The notes under the pieces: model-generated
Databases searched by the model: none
Told to the model about the DNA's origin: nothing
The model's input: the letters and a program-made list of their open reading frames with translations, nothing else
In this document: in pieces, positions 16,155 through 23,557 of the stretch
How the letters are laid out: each line of letters starts with the position of its first letter
Position numbering within the stretch: position 1 is the stretch's first letter
Made by a program: the position numbers and the translations under genes
NCBI RefSeq assembly: GCF_049243625.1
Contig: NZ_CP046975.1
DNA length: 32,000 nt
Direction: 5' to 3' (one strand)
From: Corynebacterium amycolatum
Lineage (GTDB): Bacteria; Actinomycetota; Actinomycetes; Mycobacteriales; Mycobacteriaceae

Positions 16155-17324
16155 ATGCGGCAATCTTTTAAGCGCCTGTCGACGGCGGTGGTGACATTTG
16201 CGGCCACCATTTCGCTAGCTGCTTGTACCGTCGGCGGCGATAATGCCGAGCAGCAAGAGGCGGAGAAGTCGGACGTTGGTCTTGTCGCCAGTGTGAAGGA
16301 CGATGCCACCGATGTTTCGGTGGTTGACCCGATTTCGGTTCAGGTGGAAGAGGGGCATCGCCTGGACAAGGTTGTTATGACCAACCCTGAGGGCAAAGAG
16401 GTAAAGGGCAAGCTCGACTCCAGTGGTACCAAGTGGACCACTGCAGAACCCCTGGGCTACTCAAAGACCTATGAGATTAACGCCACCTCAGGCACAGAAA
16501 AGCTGGCTACTTCTTTCACCACTATTGAGCCGACTTCTCAGGTAAATGGCTACCTGTCCCCACTGGATGGTTCCACCGTGGGTGTCGGTCAGACTATTGC
16601 CGTGAAGTTCAGCGCGAGTATTTCGGACCGCAAGGCCGCTGAGGAAGCAATCAAGGTGACCACCGAGCCTAAGGTGGAAGGCGCTTTCTACTGGCTGAAT
16701 AATAGCGAGGTGCGCTGGCGTCCAAAGGAGTACTGGAAGCCGGGTACCAAGGTTACCGTGAAGTCCGACATTTATGGCACGGATCTCGGTGACGACATGT
16801 ACGGTGCGGAGTCCGCCGAAACCAGCTTCACCATCGGTGATGAAGTCATCGCTATCGCTGATGATGCGACGAAGACCATGGTCATTAAGAAGAACGGTGA
16901 AGTCGTAAACTCCATGCCTATCTCTATGGGGTCTAATGTTCACCCGACTCCGAATGGCCAGTACATCATCGGTGATCGCAACGAGACTATGGTGATGGAC
17001 TCCCGTACTTACGGCCTGTCTCTGGATAACGGTGGCTACGTCACGCCGGTTAACTACGCAACGCAGATGTCTTACTCCGGTATCTACGTCCACGGTGCAC
17101 CGTGGTCAACATGGGCACAGGGCAGCGTCAACCAGTCTCACGGCTGCATCAACGTCACTGACGCCAACGCTAAGTGGTTCCTGGACAACACTAAGCGCGG
17201 TGACATCGTGGTTGTGAAGAATACGGTTGGCGAGACGCTCTCCGGTGTTGATGGACTAGGTGACTGGAACATCCCGTGGGAGACCTGGAAGAAGGGCAAC
17301 GCCGACGAGACCAGCTCTTGGTAA
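16155..17324 (+). CDS. lppS: L,D-transpeptidase lipoprotein (YkuD domain; LdtB/LppS-like)
   Basis: 389 aa. Lipoprotein signal with lipobox LAAC (…ATISLAAC-TVGG). N-terminal Ig-like region, then a C-terminal YkuD catalytic block ...YSGIYVHGAPWS...SHGCINV with the conserved His/Cys. Position next to bcp/DUF3618 matches my recollection of Rv2518c. Confidence 0.9.
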   Translation: MRQSFKRLSTAVVTFAATISLAACTVGGDNAEQQEAEKSDVGLVASVKDDATDVSVVDPISVQVEEGHRLDKVVMTNPEGKEVKGKLDSSGTKWTTAEPLGYSKTYEINATSGTEKLATSFTTIEPTSQVNGYLSPLDGSTVGVGQTIAVKFSASISDRKAAEEAIKVTTEPKVEGAFYWLNNSEVRWRPKEYWKPGTKVTVKSDIYGTDLGDDMYGAESAETSFTIGDEVIAIADDATKTMVIKKNGEVVNSMPISMGSNVHPTPNGQYIIGDRNETMVMDSRTYGLSLDNGGYVTPVNYATQMSYSGIYVHGAPWSTWAQGSVNQSHGCINVTDANAKWFLDNTKRGDIVVVKNTVGETLSGVDGLGDWNIPWETWKKGNADETSSW

Positions 17325-17378
17325 CCCCCTGTCCTCTAAGTGAGGCCATCACTTAAGTCACACGGGTTAGACCGCTTA

Positions 17379-18062
17379 CTATTCATCCAACATTCCCAGC
17401 TCCTGCGCCCGAGCAACAGCCGCGGTGCGGGAGCTGACGTCTAGCTTGGTGAAAATATGCACCAGATGCGACTTCACAGTCGCTTCAGTGAGCACCAGCT
17501 GCTCTGCAATTTTTCTATTCGACATACCCCGCGCGACCAACTCGAGCACCTCGAGTTCGCGCGGGGTTAGTGCCGTATTGGGATTGCGCATCCGCCCCAT
17601 CAAGCGCCCGGCAACCTGCGTGTTCAGCACGGTCTCGCCGCGAACGGCGCGACGGATGCCATCGATGAGTTCTTCCGGAGCGGCATCCTTCAGCAGATAA
17701 CCAACTGCGCCAGCGGTGACAGCGCCGAGGACATCGGAGTCCGAAGAATAGTTGGTCACCACCAACACCTCCGGAGCCTTCACGCCGCGCCCGGCGAGTG
17801 CGCGGATGGCTGCAGTGGCATCAACTCCGCCTGCGCGGGAAGCGGTGCCAGGGGCCTCGCCAAAGCGAAGATCCATGAGTACCAGATCGATGTGGTCGCA
17901 AGAGTCGTCGTCAAGCGATGCGCGCACCTTCTCGACCGCGTCGTCACCGCTGGCAGCCTCGCCAACCACGACGATATCCGGCGCCGATTCAACGACGGCG
18001 CGAAGACCAGCGCGCACGATGGGATGATCGTCGGCGATGAGGACTCCGATGGGCTTGGTCAC
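17379..18062 (-). CDS. Two-component response regulator, NarL/LuxR family
   Basis: 227 aa with a GTG start preceded by GAGGAGA. Receiver domain (VLIADDHPIVRAGL ... DLVLMDLRF) and C-terminal LuxR HTH (LTPRELEVLELVARGMSNRKIAEQLVLTEATVKSHLVHIFTKLDV). Confidence 0.92.
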   Translation of the reverse strand: MTKPIGVLIADDHPIVRAGLRAVVESAPDIVVVGEAASGDDAVEKVRASLDDDSCDHIDLVLMDLRFGEAPGTASRAGGVDATAAIRALAGRGVKAPEVLVVTNYSSDSDVLGAVTAGAVGYLLKDAAPEELIDGIRRAVRGETVLNTQVAGRLMGRMRNPNTALTPRELEVLELVARGMSNRKIAEQLVLTEATVKSHLVHIFTKLDVSSRTAAVARAQELGMLDE

Positions 18063-18123
18063 CTGGCTATCTCCTCGGGTGATGTGAATGGTCGTTTCCT
18101 ACCTGCATACCAGGCGCGGGACT

Positions 18124-19419
18124 TTAAGAGGCGAGCTCGTGCGGGATGCTGACGCTGACACCGCAGCCGCGCCCAGGTTCCGACTCGATTGTGAAGGTGC
18201 CGCCGAGCTTTTCCACGCGTCGGCGCGCGTTGGCGATACCCACGCTGTCGTCGTTGGTTGGTGCGGTGGGGTCGAAGCCGATGCCGTTGTCGACGCAGTC
18301 GAGCAGAACCTCGTCGGGCTGATAGGTCAGAGTGACGCGACAGCGCGTGGCGTGTGCATGCTTGACGACGTTCGCCAAGCTCGCCTGGGCCACCCTGATA
18401 ATTGTGGCTTCGACGGTGGCCGGCAGTCGCGTGGGTGTGCCGTCAACGCAGAAGCTGACAGCATCGCCCAGCACCGTGGAGGAGCAGACTTTCTCCAACG
18501 CACCGGATAGGTCAGCCCCTTCGAGAGGAGCCGGCTGAAGTGCTGCGATAATGCGCCGAGTTTCGGCGAGGTTGTCGGCCGCGACCTTGCGAGCGAGCTG
18601 CAGCGAATCCACCGAGGCCTGGTCATGCTGAGTGGGAGCACTTTTCATGCGAGACTCCACCGAATGCAGCAGCAGCTGGATGGAGGAAAGCCCCTGCGCC
18701 ACGGTGTCATGAATGTCGGCTGCGAGGCGTGCGCGTTCGTTCAGCTCACCGGCACGACGGGACAGTGCTTCCGAGTGGGCGCGGGCAGCCGAGAGCTCCT
18801 CCAGCGCCTTGGTCTTTTCGATAGTCTCCTTCTGCAGCAGCCGAAACCCCAGCCCCACCGTGAGCACAAATGTCCCGCCGAGGATAGGACCGAGGACCCC
18901 ACCAAAAGTCAGGGGAGTGTGGACGGCGATAGCGCCGATTGCCGTCGCTGTTGTCGCCGCCACCATGATTACAGCCGTAAGGCCGCCAGTGACCTGCAAA
19001 ATTACGAAAAACAGTGGGAAAATCAGGAACGAGGCGTCCAGCGTTGCAAACGCCAACGCAGCCCAGCACAGCAGCAGGATCACAAGCCAGCCCAGTAGTA
19101 GGCCGTGCGGTTTAGTCAGTGCGACCTCGTTGGCTACGTTGCCATGCCGAGCCCGACCAATCGGCCCGACCGAACCTGCTATGTACACCGCTAGAAAACA
19201 CACCGCATAGGTGATGATTCGCCACTGCGGGTCCGGAACCACGCATACCGCTAGCAGCACCAGCACCAAAACATCCAGGGCAAACCGCAGTAATTGCCAG
19301 TTGCGGTTCAGGGTCTCAGGAGTATCCACGCCCTCGAGCTTAGGACAGTTCCACCTGCCAAAACACCGCTGACGAGCCGGAATTGTCAACATCAACCGAA
19401 AGTTGGAGACGAAGTTCAA
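18124..19419 (-). CDS. Sensor histidine kinase, HisKA_3/NarL-partner type, multi-TM N-terminus
   Basis: H-box ADIHDTVAQGLSS, N-box ANVVKHA, and G-boxes DNGIGFD and GGTFTIESEPGRGCGVSV. The N-terminal half is a run of TM helices with almost no external loop. The start is uncertain: the maximal ORF begins at 19419, and GTG 19329 (VDTPETL...) is an alternative that leaves a larger divergent promoter region. Confidence 0.85.
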   Translation of the reverse strand: MNFVSNFRLMLTIPARQRCFGRWNCPKLEGVDTPETLNRNWQLLRFALDVLVLVLLAVCVVPDPQWRIITYAVCFLAVYIAGSVGPIGRARHGNVANEVALTKPHGLLLGWLVILLLCWAALAFATLDASFLIFPLFFVILQVTGGLTAVIMVAATTATAIGAIAVHTPLTFGGVLGPILGGTFVLTVGLGFRLLQKETIEKTKALEELSAARAHSEALSRRAGELNERARLAADIHDTVAQGLSSIQLLLHSVESRMKSAPTQHDQASVDSLQLARKVAADNLAETRRIIAALQPAPLEGADLSGALEKVCSSTVLGDAVSFCVDGTPTRLPATVEATIIRVAQASLANVVKHAHATRCRVTLTYQPDEVLLDCVDNGIGFDPTAPTNDDSVGIANARRRVEKLGGTFTIESEPGRGCGVSVSIPHELAS

Positions 19420-19460
19420 CCTCCCTGGCGATTAAATCCTCCTTTGAATCCACGACCATA

Positions 19461-20495
19461 ATGAGTATGTACCAGTCAATGAAAGAACTTCGGGCCGCTC
19501 CAGGCCGTGCGGCACTAATCACCATCACCGTTGGCATGATTGCTGTGATGGTCGTGTTCCTCTCGGCTTTGGCTGCCGGCCTGTCCTCCCAGTCCGTTTC
19601 CGCACTTGACGAGGTCTACGGCAAAAACGATGCCGTCGTCGTCGCTGAGGGGGCCACGTCGTTGTCGTCGTCAAGCATGGGCGAGACAGTGCGAAAGGGC
19701 ATCCAAACGTGGGCGAACGATAATAACGCCGCCATCCGCGATGTCTACGTCAGCCGTGCACGAGTCGATGAAACGCCCGTCACCGTCATCTCCGATTTTT
19801 CGCTTAACGACGACCAGGTGGCCGTCACCGACGGCGTTAGTGAAACCGCCATTGCGGAAGGTGACTCGCTGACCCTGTCTGGCGCGATGGGCGATTATAA
19901 GGCCACGGTTGCACGACTGGTGGGGGATAAGTGGCTGGACCATCAAGCAGTCATTTATGCCGGGCGCGGTGTGATGGAAGACCTGACGCCGGGGCAGATG
20001 GTGCCGGCGGCGATGGTTGTCGACGAGTCTGCGGCGCAGCTGCCGAATGTCCCGGAAGGAACCATTCTGCGCGACGGCGAGCGCAACAACCTGTCGGCTT
20101 CCTACCAGGGCGAGCAGACTTCGCTCAACGCGATGACCTCGATGCTGTATGTCATCTCCGCGCTGGTAGTAGGCGCATTTTTCACCGTGTGGACCGTTCA
20201 GCGACTCCGTGGTGTGGCCATTTCCTCGGCGCTCGGTGCGTCCCGCTCCGTGCTGGTGGCTGACTCTCTGGCACAGGTCCTGGCCGTGCTAGCAATCGGA
20301 GTCGGCGGCGGCGTGGCGGTGACTGCAGCGGCGGGCTGGGCTCTGCAGAGCGCCAACGTCATGCCGATTGTGGTCGATGCTTCCACGACCGTCGTGCCGG
20401 GGCTCGTTCTCGCTGTGACCGGCGTAGTTGGTGCGCTGCTGGCACTGGTGCCGGTATTTCGCGTCGATCCGACCACCGCACTGGCGAACGCATAG
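19461..20495 (+). CDS. ABC transporter permease, FtsX/MacB type (4 TM, large extracytoplasmic loop)
   Basis: Chosen start ATG 19461 (MSMYQSMKELRAAPGRAALITI...), a typical FtsX N-terminus. The ORF-track start at 19383 would overlap the kinase gene. TM1 is followed by an about 190-aa loop and three C-terminal TM helices. Confidence 0.8.
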   Translation: MSMYQSMKELRAAPGRAALITITVGMIAVMVVFLSALAAGLSSQSVSALDEVYGKNDAVVVAEGATSLSSSSMGETVRKGIQTWANDNNAAIRDVYVSRARVDETPVTVISDFSLNDDQVAVTDGVSETAIAEGDSLTLSGAMGDYKATVARLVGDKWLDHQAVIYAGRGVMEDLTPGQMVPAAMVVDESAAQLPNVPEGTILRDGERNNLSASYQGEQTSLNAMTSMLYVISALVVGAFFTVWTVQRLRGVAISSALGASRSVLVADSLAQVLAVLAIGVGGGVAVTAAAGWALQSANVMPIVVDASTTVVPGLVLAVTGVVGALLALVPVFRVDPTTALANA

Positions 20496-20540
20496 TGGCA
20501 ATCTGAGAAAACGACTTTCCGCCAAAAACATCCCGTACAA

Positions 20541-20567
20541 CCTGCACGCCCTGCACACTCTGCACAT
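20541..20567. repeat. Three tandem 9-bp repeats YCTGCACRY between permease and ATPase genes
   Basis: CCTGCACGC, CCTGCACAC, TCTGCACAT, contiguous at 20541-20567 within the 98-bp intergenic gap. Confidence 0.75.
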
Positions 20568-20593
20568 CACGCAACTGAGGAATTGAGGACAAC

Positions 20594-21388
20594 ATGACTA
20601 CCTACATCGACAACAAAGCTCCCGTGGCACTGGCGCTCAAAAACATCTCGTTGACTGTCCAGGACGGTGAAAACAAGCGCACTCTTTTGGATGACATCTC
20701 GCTGAAGATTCGCGCTGGCGAGGTCGTTGGATTGGTCGGCCCATCGGGTTCTGGTAAGTCAACGTTGCTGACCATTGCCGGTTGCTTGAAGAGCGCCGAC
20801 TCCGGACACGTCACTCTGTACTCCACCAAGCAGGAGTCGAACGGTGCAGGCGCGGACGAGAGTGCGGAAAGGACGGCCATTGACCTGAGCGCTCGCGGCG
20901 CGGATGCTGCCAAGGTTCGTCGCGAACATATCGGTATCGTCTTCCAGCAGCCGAATCTTCTACCAGCCTTAACGGTTAAGCAGCAGCTCATCGCAATGCG
21001 GCGGCTGGGCCGCGTCTTCGGTTGGCTCGCGGGTGGCCGTCGTGAAGCGGAGAAGCGCGCCGATGAGCTACTCGAGGCAGTCGGCCTGGCGGGGCTGGGA
21101 AACCGTCGCGTGAACCAGCTTTCCGGTGGTCAGCAGGCACGTGTCAATGTTGCGCGCGCACTGATGAATGAGCCGGAAGTGCTGCTAGTCGACGAGCCGA
21201 CCGCGGCCTTGGATCAGAAGAGCGCAGGGGCCGTGACGCAACTGATTATGGATGTGACGCGGAAGATGGGTGTGGCCACCCTGTACATCACCCACGACCT
21301 GGGGCAGCTCCACGGTGCCGACCGGATCGTGGAGATGATCGACGGCAAACTGCAGGTATCGGATGCAGGTTTGGTAGCTACTCGGTAG
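20594..21388 (+). CDS. ABC transporter ATP-binding protein (MacB/LolD-like)
   Basis: 264 aa. Walker A GPSGSGKST, Q-loop IGIVFQQ, signature LSGGQQARV, Walker B LLVDEPTAALD, H-loop YITHD. RBS GAGGA lies 4-5 nt upstream of the ATG. Confidence 0.92.
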   Translation: MTTYIDNKAPVALALKNISLTVQDGENKRTLLDDISLKIRAGEVVGLVGPSGSGKSTLLTIAGCLKSADSGHVTLYSTKQESNGAGADESAERTAIDLSARGADAAKVRREHIGIVFQQPNLLPALTVKQQLIAMRRLGRVFGWLAGGRREAEKRADELLEAVGLAGLGNRRVNQLSGGQQARVNVARALMNEPEVLLVDEPTAALDQKSAGAVTQLIMDVTRKMGVATLYITHDLGQLHGADRIVEMIDGKLQVSDAGLVATR

Positions 21389-21488
21389 TGACTGTGGGGG
21401 GGATAAGTAGCAAAAGGACCCATCCCGGCGACACGCTGGGTGGACACACTTTGTCTATTAACCCGAGACCCGCGTGGTAGGCGGACAC

Positions 21489-21525
21489 ACAAAAACCCTC
21501 GGCCAGGAAAAATCCTGGCCGAGGG
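21489..21525 (-). terminator. Rho-independent terminator downstream of tRNA-His
   Basis: 13-bp stem CCCTCGGCCAGGA / TCCTGGCCGAGGG (21496-21508 / 21513-21525) with loop AAAA. On the minus strand it is followed by TTTTTGTGTG. It may also stop the convergent ABC operon. Confidence 0.75.
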
Positions 21526-21532
21526 TTCTACT

Positions 21533-21609
21533 TGGGGTGACTGACGGGACTCGAACCCGCGACACCCAGGATCACAACCTGGTGCTCTACCAACTGAACT
21601 ACAGTCACC
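21533..21609 (-). tRNA. tRNA-His (anticodon GTG) with encoded G-1 and CCA
   Basis: The reverse complement is G-GTGACTG-TA-GTTC...GAGC-A-CCAGG-TTGTGAT-CCTGG-GTGTC-GCGGG-TTCGAGT-CCCGT-CAGTCAC-C-CCA. The extra 5' G pairing with C73 is the tRNA-His hallmark. Length 77 nt. Confidence 0.92.
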
Positions 21610-21655
21610 ATTACCGCATTAAATGAGCTGTTTTCTCAGTTCATCTCTGCAGCGA

Positions 21656-21685
21656 ACTATATGGTAGCCCACAGTGGGCTGGAAA
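21656..21685 (-). promoter_or_regulatory. Candidate tRNA-His promoter with a palindrome in the spacer
   Basis: On the minus strand: TTTCCA (21685-21680), an 18-nt spacer, then TATAGT (21661-21656), about 40 nt upstream of the tRNA 5' end. The spacer contains the palindrome AGCCCAC-a-GTGGGCT (21666-21680). Confidence 0.35.
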
Positions 21686-21751
21686 CAAAAACAGCAGGTC
21701 AACCCGGATAAAATTGGAGAGGGTTAGGGTTTGGGGCCGTCGTAAAGCGAG

Positions 21752-22405
21752 CTAGCCGCGAATTTCACCGTACTTTTCTGTGGATTCCTTGCTTGCGGCG
21801 GAAACAGCGTCGGCATCGGGGCCAGGGTGGGGCAGAAGCATGGCGCGGCGGTAGTAGTCCAGCTCGCGGATCGACTCCTTGATATCTGCGAGAGCTCGGT
21901 GAGCGAGACCCTTTTCTGGAGCGCCCTTGAGAACCTGGGGGTACCAACGGCGGGCCAGTTCCTTGAAGGAAGAGACATCAATCATGCGGTAGTGCAGGTG
22001 CTGATCGAGCTCTGGCATGTAGCGGTGGATGAACTTGCGGTCGGAAGCAATCGAGTTTCCTGCCAGCGGAGCGGTGCGGGGCTCGGGAACCCACTGGTGG
22101 ATGTAGTCCAGAACAGCTTGTTCGGCGTCGGCGACATTTGTCTTGCTTGCGCGTATTTCCTGATCCAGGCCGGACTTTGCATGCATCTTGGTGACGAAAT
22201 CGTCCATCTGTGCCAATTCAGTCTCGGACGCGTGCACGACGATGTCCACACCTTCTCCAAGCACGTTGAGGTTGGCATCGGTGACGAGAGCCGCGATTTC
22301 GACAATGACGTGGCGCTCGGGCTCGAGGCCTGTCATCTCGCAGTCAATCCACACAATCCGGTCGAGCTCAGGGGAGAGCTGGAGATCGGGATTGGGCTGA
22401 GCCAT
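21752..22405 (-). CDS. orn: Oligoribonuclease (DEDDh 3'-5' exonuclease)
   Basis: 217 aa. Exo motifs [21 protein letters not shown] and [18 protein letters not shown] match Orn. RBS AAGGTG lies 5 nt upstream of the ATG. Confidence 0.92.
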   Translation of the reverse strand: MAQPNPDLQLSPELDRIVWIDCEMTGLEPERHVIVEIAALVTDANLNVLGEGVDIVVHASETELAQMDDFVTKMHAKSGLDQEIRASKTNVADAEQAVLDYIHQWVPEPRTAPLAGNSIASDRKFIHRYMPELDQHLHYRMIDVSSFKELARRWYPQVLKGAPEKGLAHRALADIKESIRELDYYRRAMLLPHPGPDADAVSAASKESTEKYGEIRG

Positions 22406-22674
22406 GATTTCACCTTTCGCTGAGATTCGGCATGTTTCTGCAGTGCGCCTTATTTTGTGCCCGGACTGGGCTGCGGGGCGCGTGTTGACTACGCCCAGCT
22501 TAGCGATGTGGATTGTGATGTGGTTTAGCGTGCCGATTTTGAGGCGGATTGTGGGGAAACGAAATTAACTGGAAAGTGAGGTTTTAGAATTGGACAACGG
22601 GGCATGAACTAAATCGACCTATTTGCCTGATAAAATTACTTCTGAATTCGGATTCCAACGGGAGAAATAGTTAC

Positions 22675-23319
22675 ATGGATGAGACGAGCCGTGTTGGCGA
22701 CGCTGCTCAAAGCAACACCGCGGCACAGAAACCATCCGTCGATGATGTCATCATTGCCGCTGCTCGTGAGAGCGTAATGACTGTGGGCTTTCGTAGGACT
22801 TCGATTGCAGAAATTGCTCGCAAGGCAGGGGTTTCGCGGCCGACTGTATATCGCCGTTACGCCGATATTGGCGAGCTTCTCGCGGAAGTGACCAACCGCG
22901 AAATCCTGCACATGCTTGAGGGGCTCCGTTATGTCCCTGGCGATTCACGCGCTCGTATGTTGCTGCGTATTCGAATCGTCGTTCAACGCATCATCGAAAG
23001 TGACTTTTTCCCTGGCCTGGTCAAGACAGATCCCGACCGCGTCTTAGAAGCGCTCACTGGAGAGATGAGCGACACTCAGCTGGAGATTGTGGAGAAGTTC
23101 ATTCTCCCCGGTGTCCGTCACGGGCAGGAAGATGGCACTATTCGCGAGCACGACCCATATCAGTTGGCACGCAACATTTACCGTCTGATTCAGACGATGG
23201 TGCTGGTGTGGCGTCCGGATGGAAAGGATGCTGCGCTAGACAAGAAATCTGTCGAAGAGGTTGTCGACATGGTTGACCGCTACTTGCGTCCGGATCCCGC
23301 GGATAACAAGAAGGACTAA
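22675..23319 (+). CDS. TetR/AcrR family transcriptional regulator
   Basis: 214 aa. HTH GFRRTSIAEIARKAGVSRPTVYRRYADIGELL, with a helical ligand-domain-like C-terminal half. Confidence 0.88.
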   Translation: MDETSRVGDAAQSNTAAQKPSVDDVIIAAARESVMTVGFRRTSIAEIARKAGVSRPTVYRRYADIGELLAEVTNREILHMLEGLRYVPGDSRARMLLRIRIVVQRIIESDFFPGLVKTDPDRVLEALTGEMSDTQLEIVEKFILPGVRHGQEDGTIREHDPYQLARNIYRLIQTMVLVWRPDGKDAALDKKSVEEVVDMVDRYLRPDPADNKKD

Positions 23320-23327
23320 AAGGTAAA

Positions 23328-23367
23328 AACCCGCCTGATGCTGGTATAAAACCAGGCCAGGCGGGTT
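23328..23367. terminator. Bidirectional hairpin terminator (TetR gene on plus, tRNA-Arg on minus)
   Basis: AACCCGCCTG (23328-23337) pairs with CAGGCGGGTT (23358-23367), with an inner CTGGT/ACCAG stem. It is flanked by AAAAA upstream and ATTTTT downstream, so a U-tract follows the stem on either strand. Confidence 0.65.
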
Positions 23368-23374
23368 ATTTTTG

Positions 23375-23447
23375 CGCCCCCAGAAGGATTCGAACCCTCG
23401 ACCAATCGGGTAGAAGCCGACTGCTCTGTCCACTGAGCTATGGAGGC
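23375..23447 (-). tRNA. tRNA-Arg (anticodon TCT)
   Basis: The reverse complement is GCCTCCA-TA-GCTC-AGTGGACA-GAGC-A-GTCGG-CTTCTAC-CCGAT-TGGTC-GAGGG-TTCGAAT-CCTTC-TGGGGGC-G. Length 73 nt; CCA is not encoded. Confidence 0.92.
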
Positions 23448-23461
23448 CAGCTAAGAAAAGC

Positions 23462-23467
23462 ATTGTA
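23462..23467 (-). promoter_or_regulatory. Candidate -10 hexamer (TACAAT) of tRNA-Arg
   Basis: On the minus strand, TACAAT lies 14 nt upstream of the mature tRNA 5' end. The -35 is poor (TTGTGA at 19-nt spacing). Confidence 0.4.
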
Positions 23468-23491
23468 GCGTCTCTGGCACAGCCAATCACA

Positions 23492-23524
23492 ACCGGTTCT
23501 AATCCCAGTGGTGTTACCGGTTCT
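23492..23524. repeat. Two copies of ACCGGTTCT (24-bp period) containing the palindrome AACCGGTT
   Basis: Exact 9-mers at 23492-23500 and 23516-23524. The first is embedded in the perfect 8-bp palindrome AACCGGTT, the second in TACCGGTT. Both lie 13-60 bp upstream of the ctiP-like start codons. Confidence 0.7.
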
Positions 23525-23557
23525 GCTCTAGGGAATTTGGTCGCTAAGCTTAGGGCT

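Noticed and set aside
17337-17355. Hairpin TAAGTGA-ggcca-TCACTTA between the convergent ldt and response-regulator genes as a bidirectional terminator
   Set aside because: It has only 7 AT-rich base pairs and no U-tract on either strand, which is too weak to annotate as a terminator.
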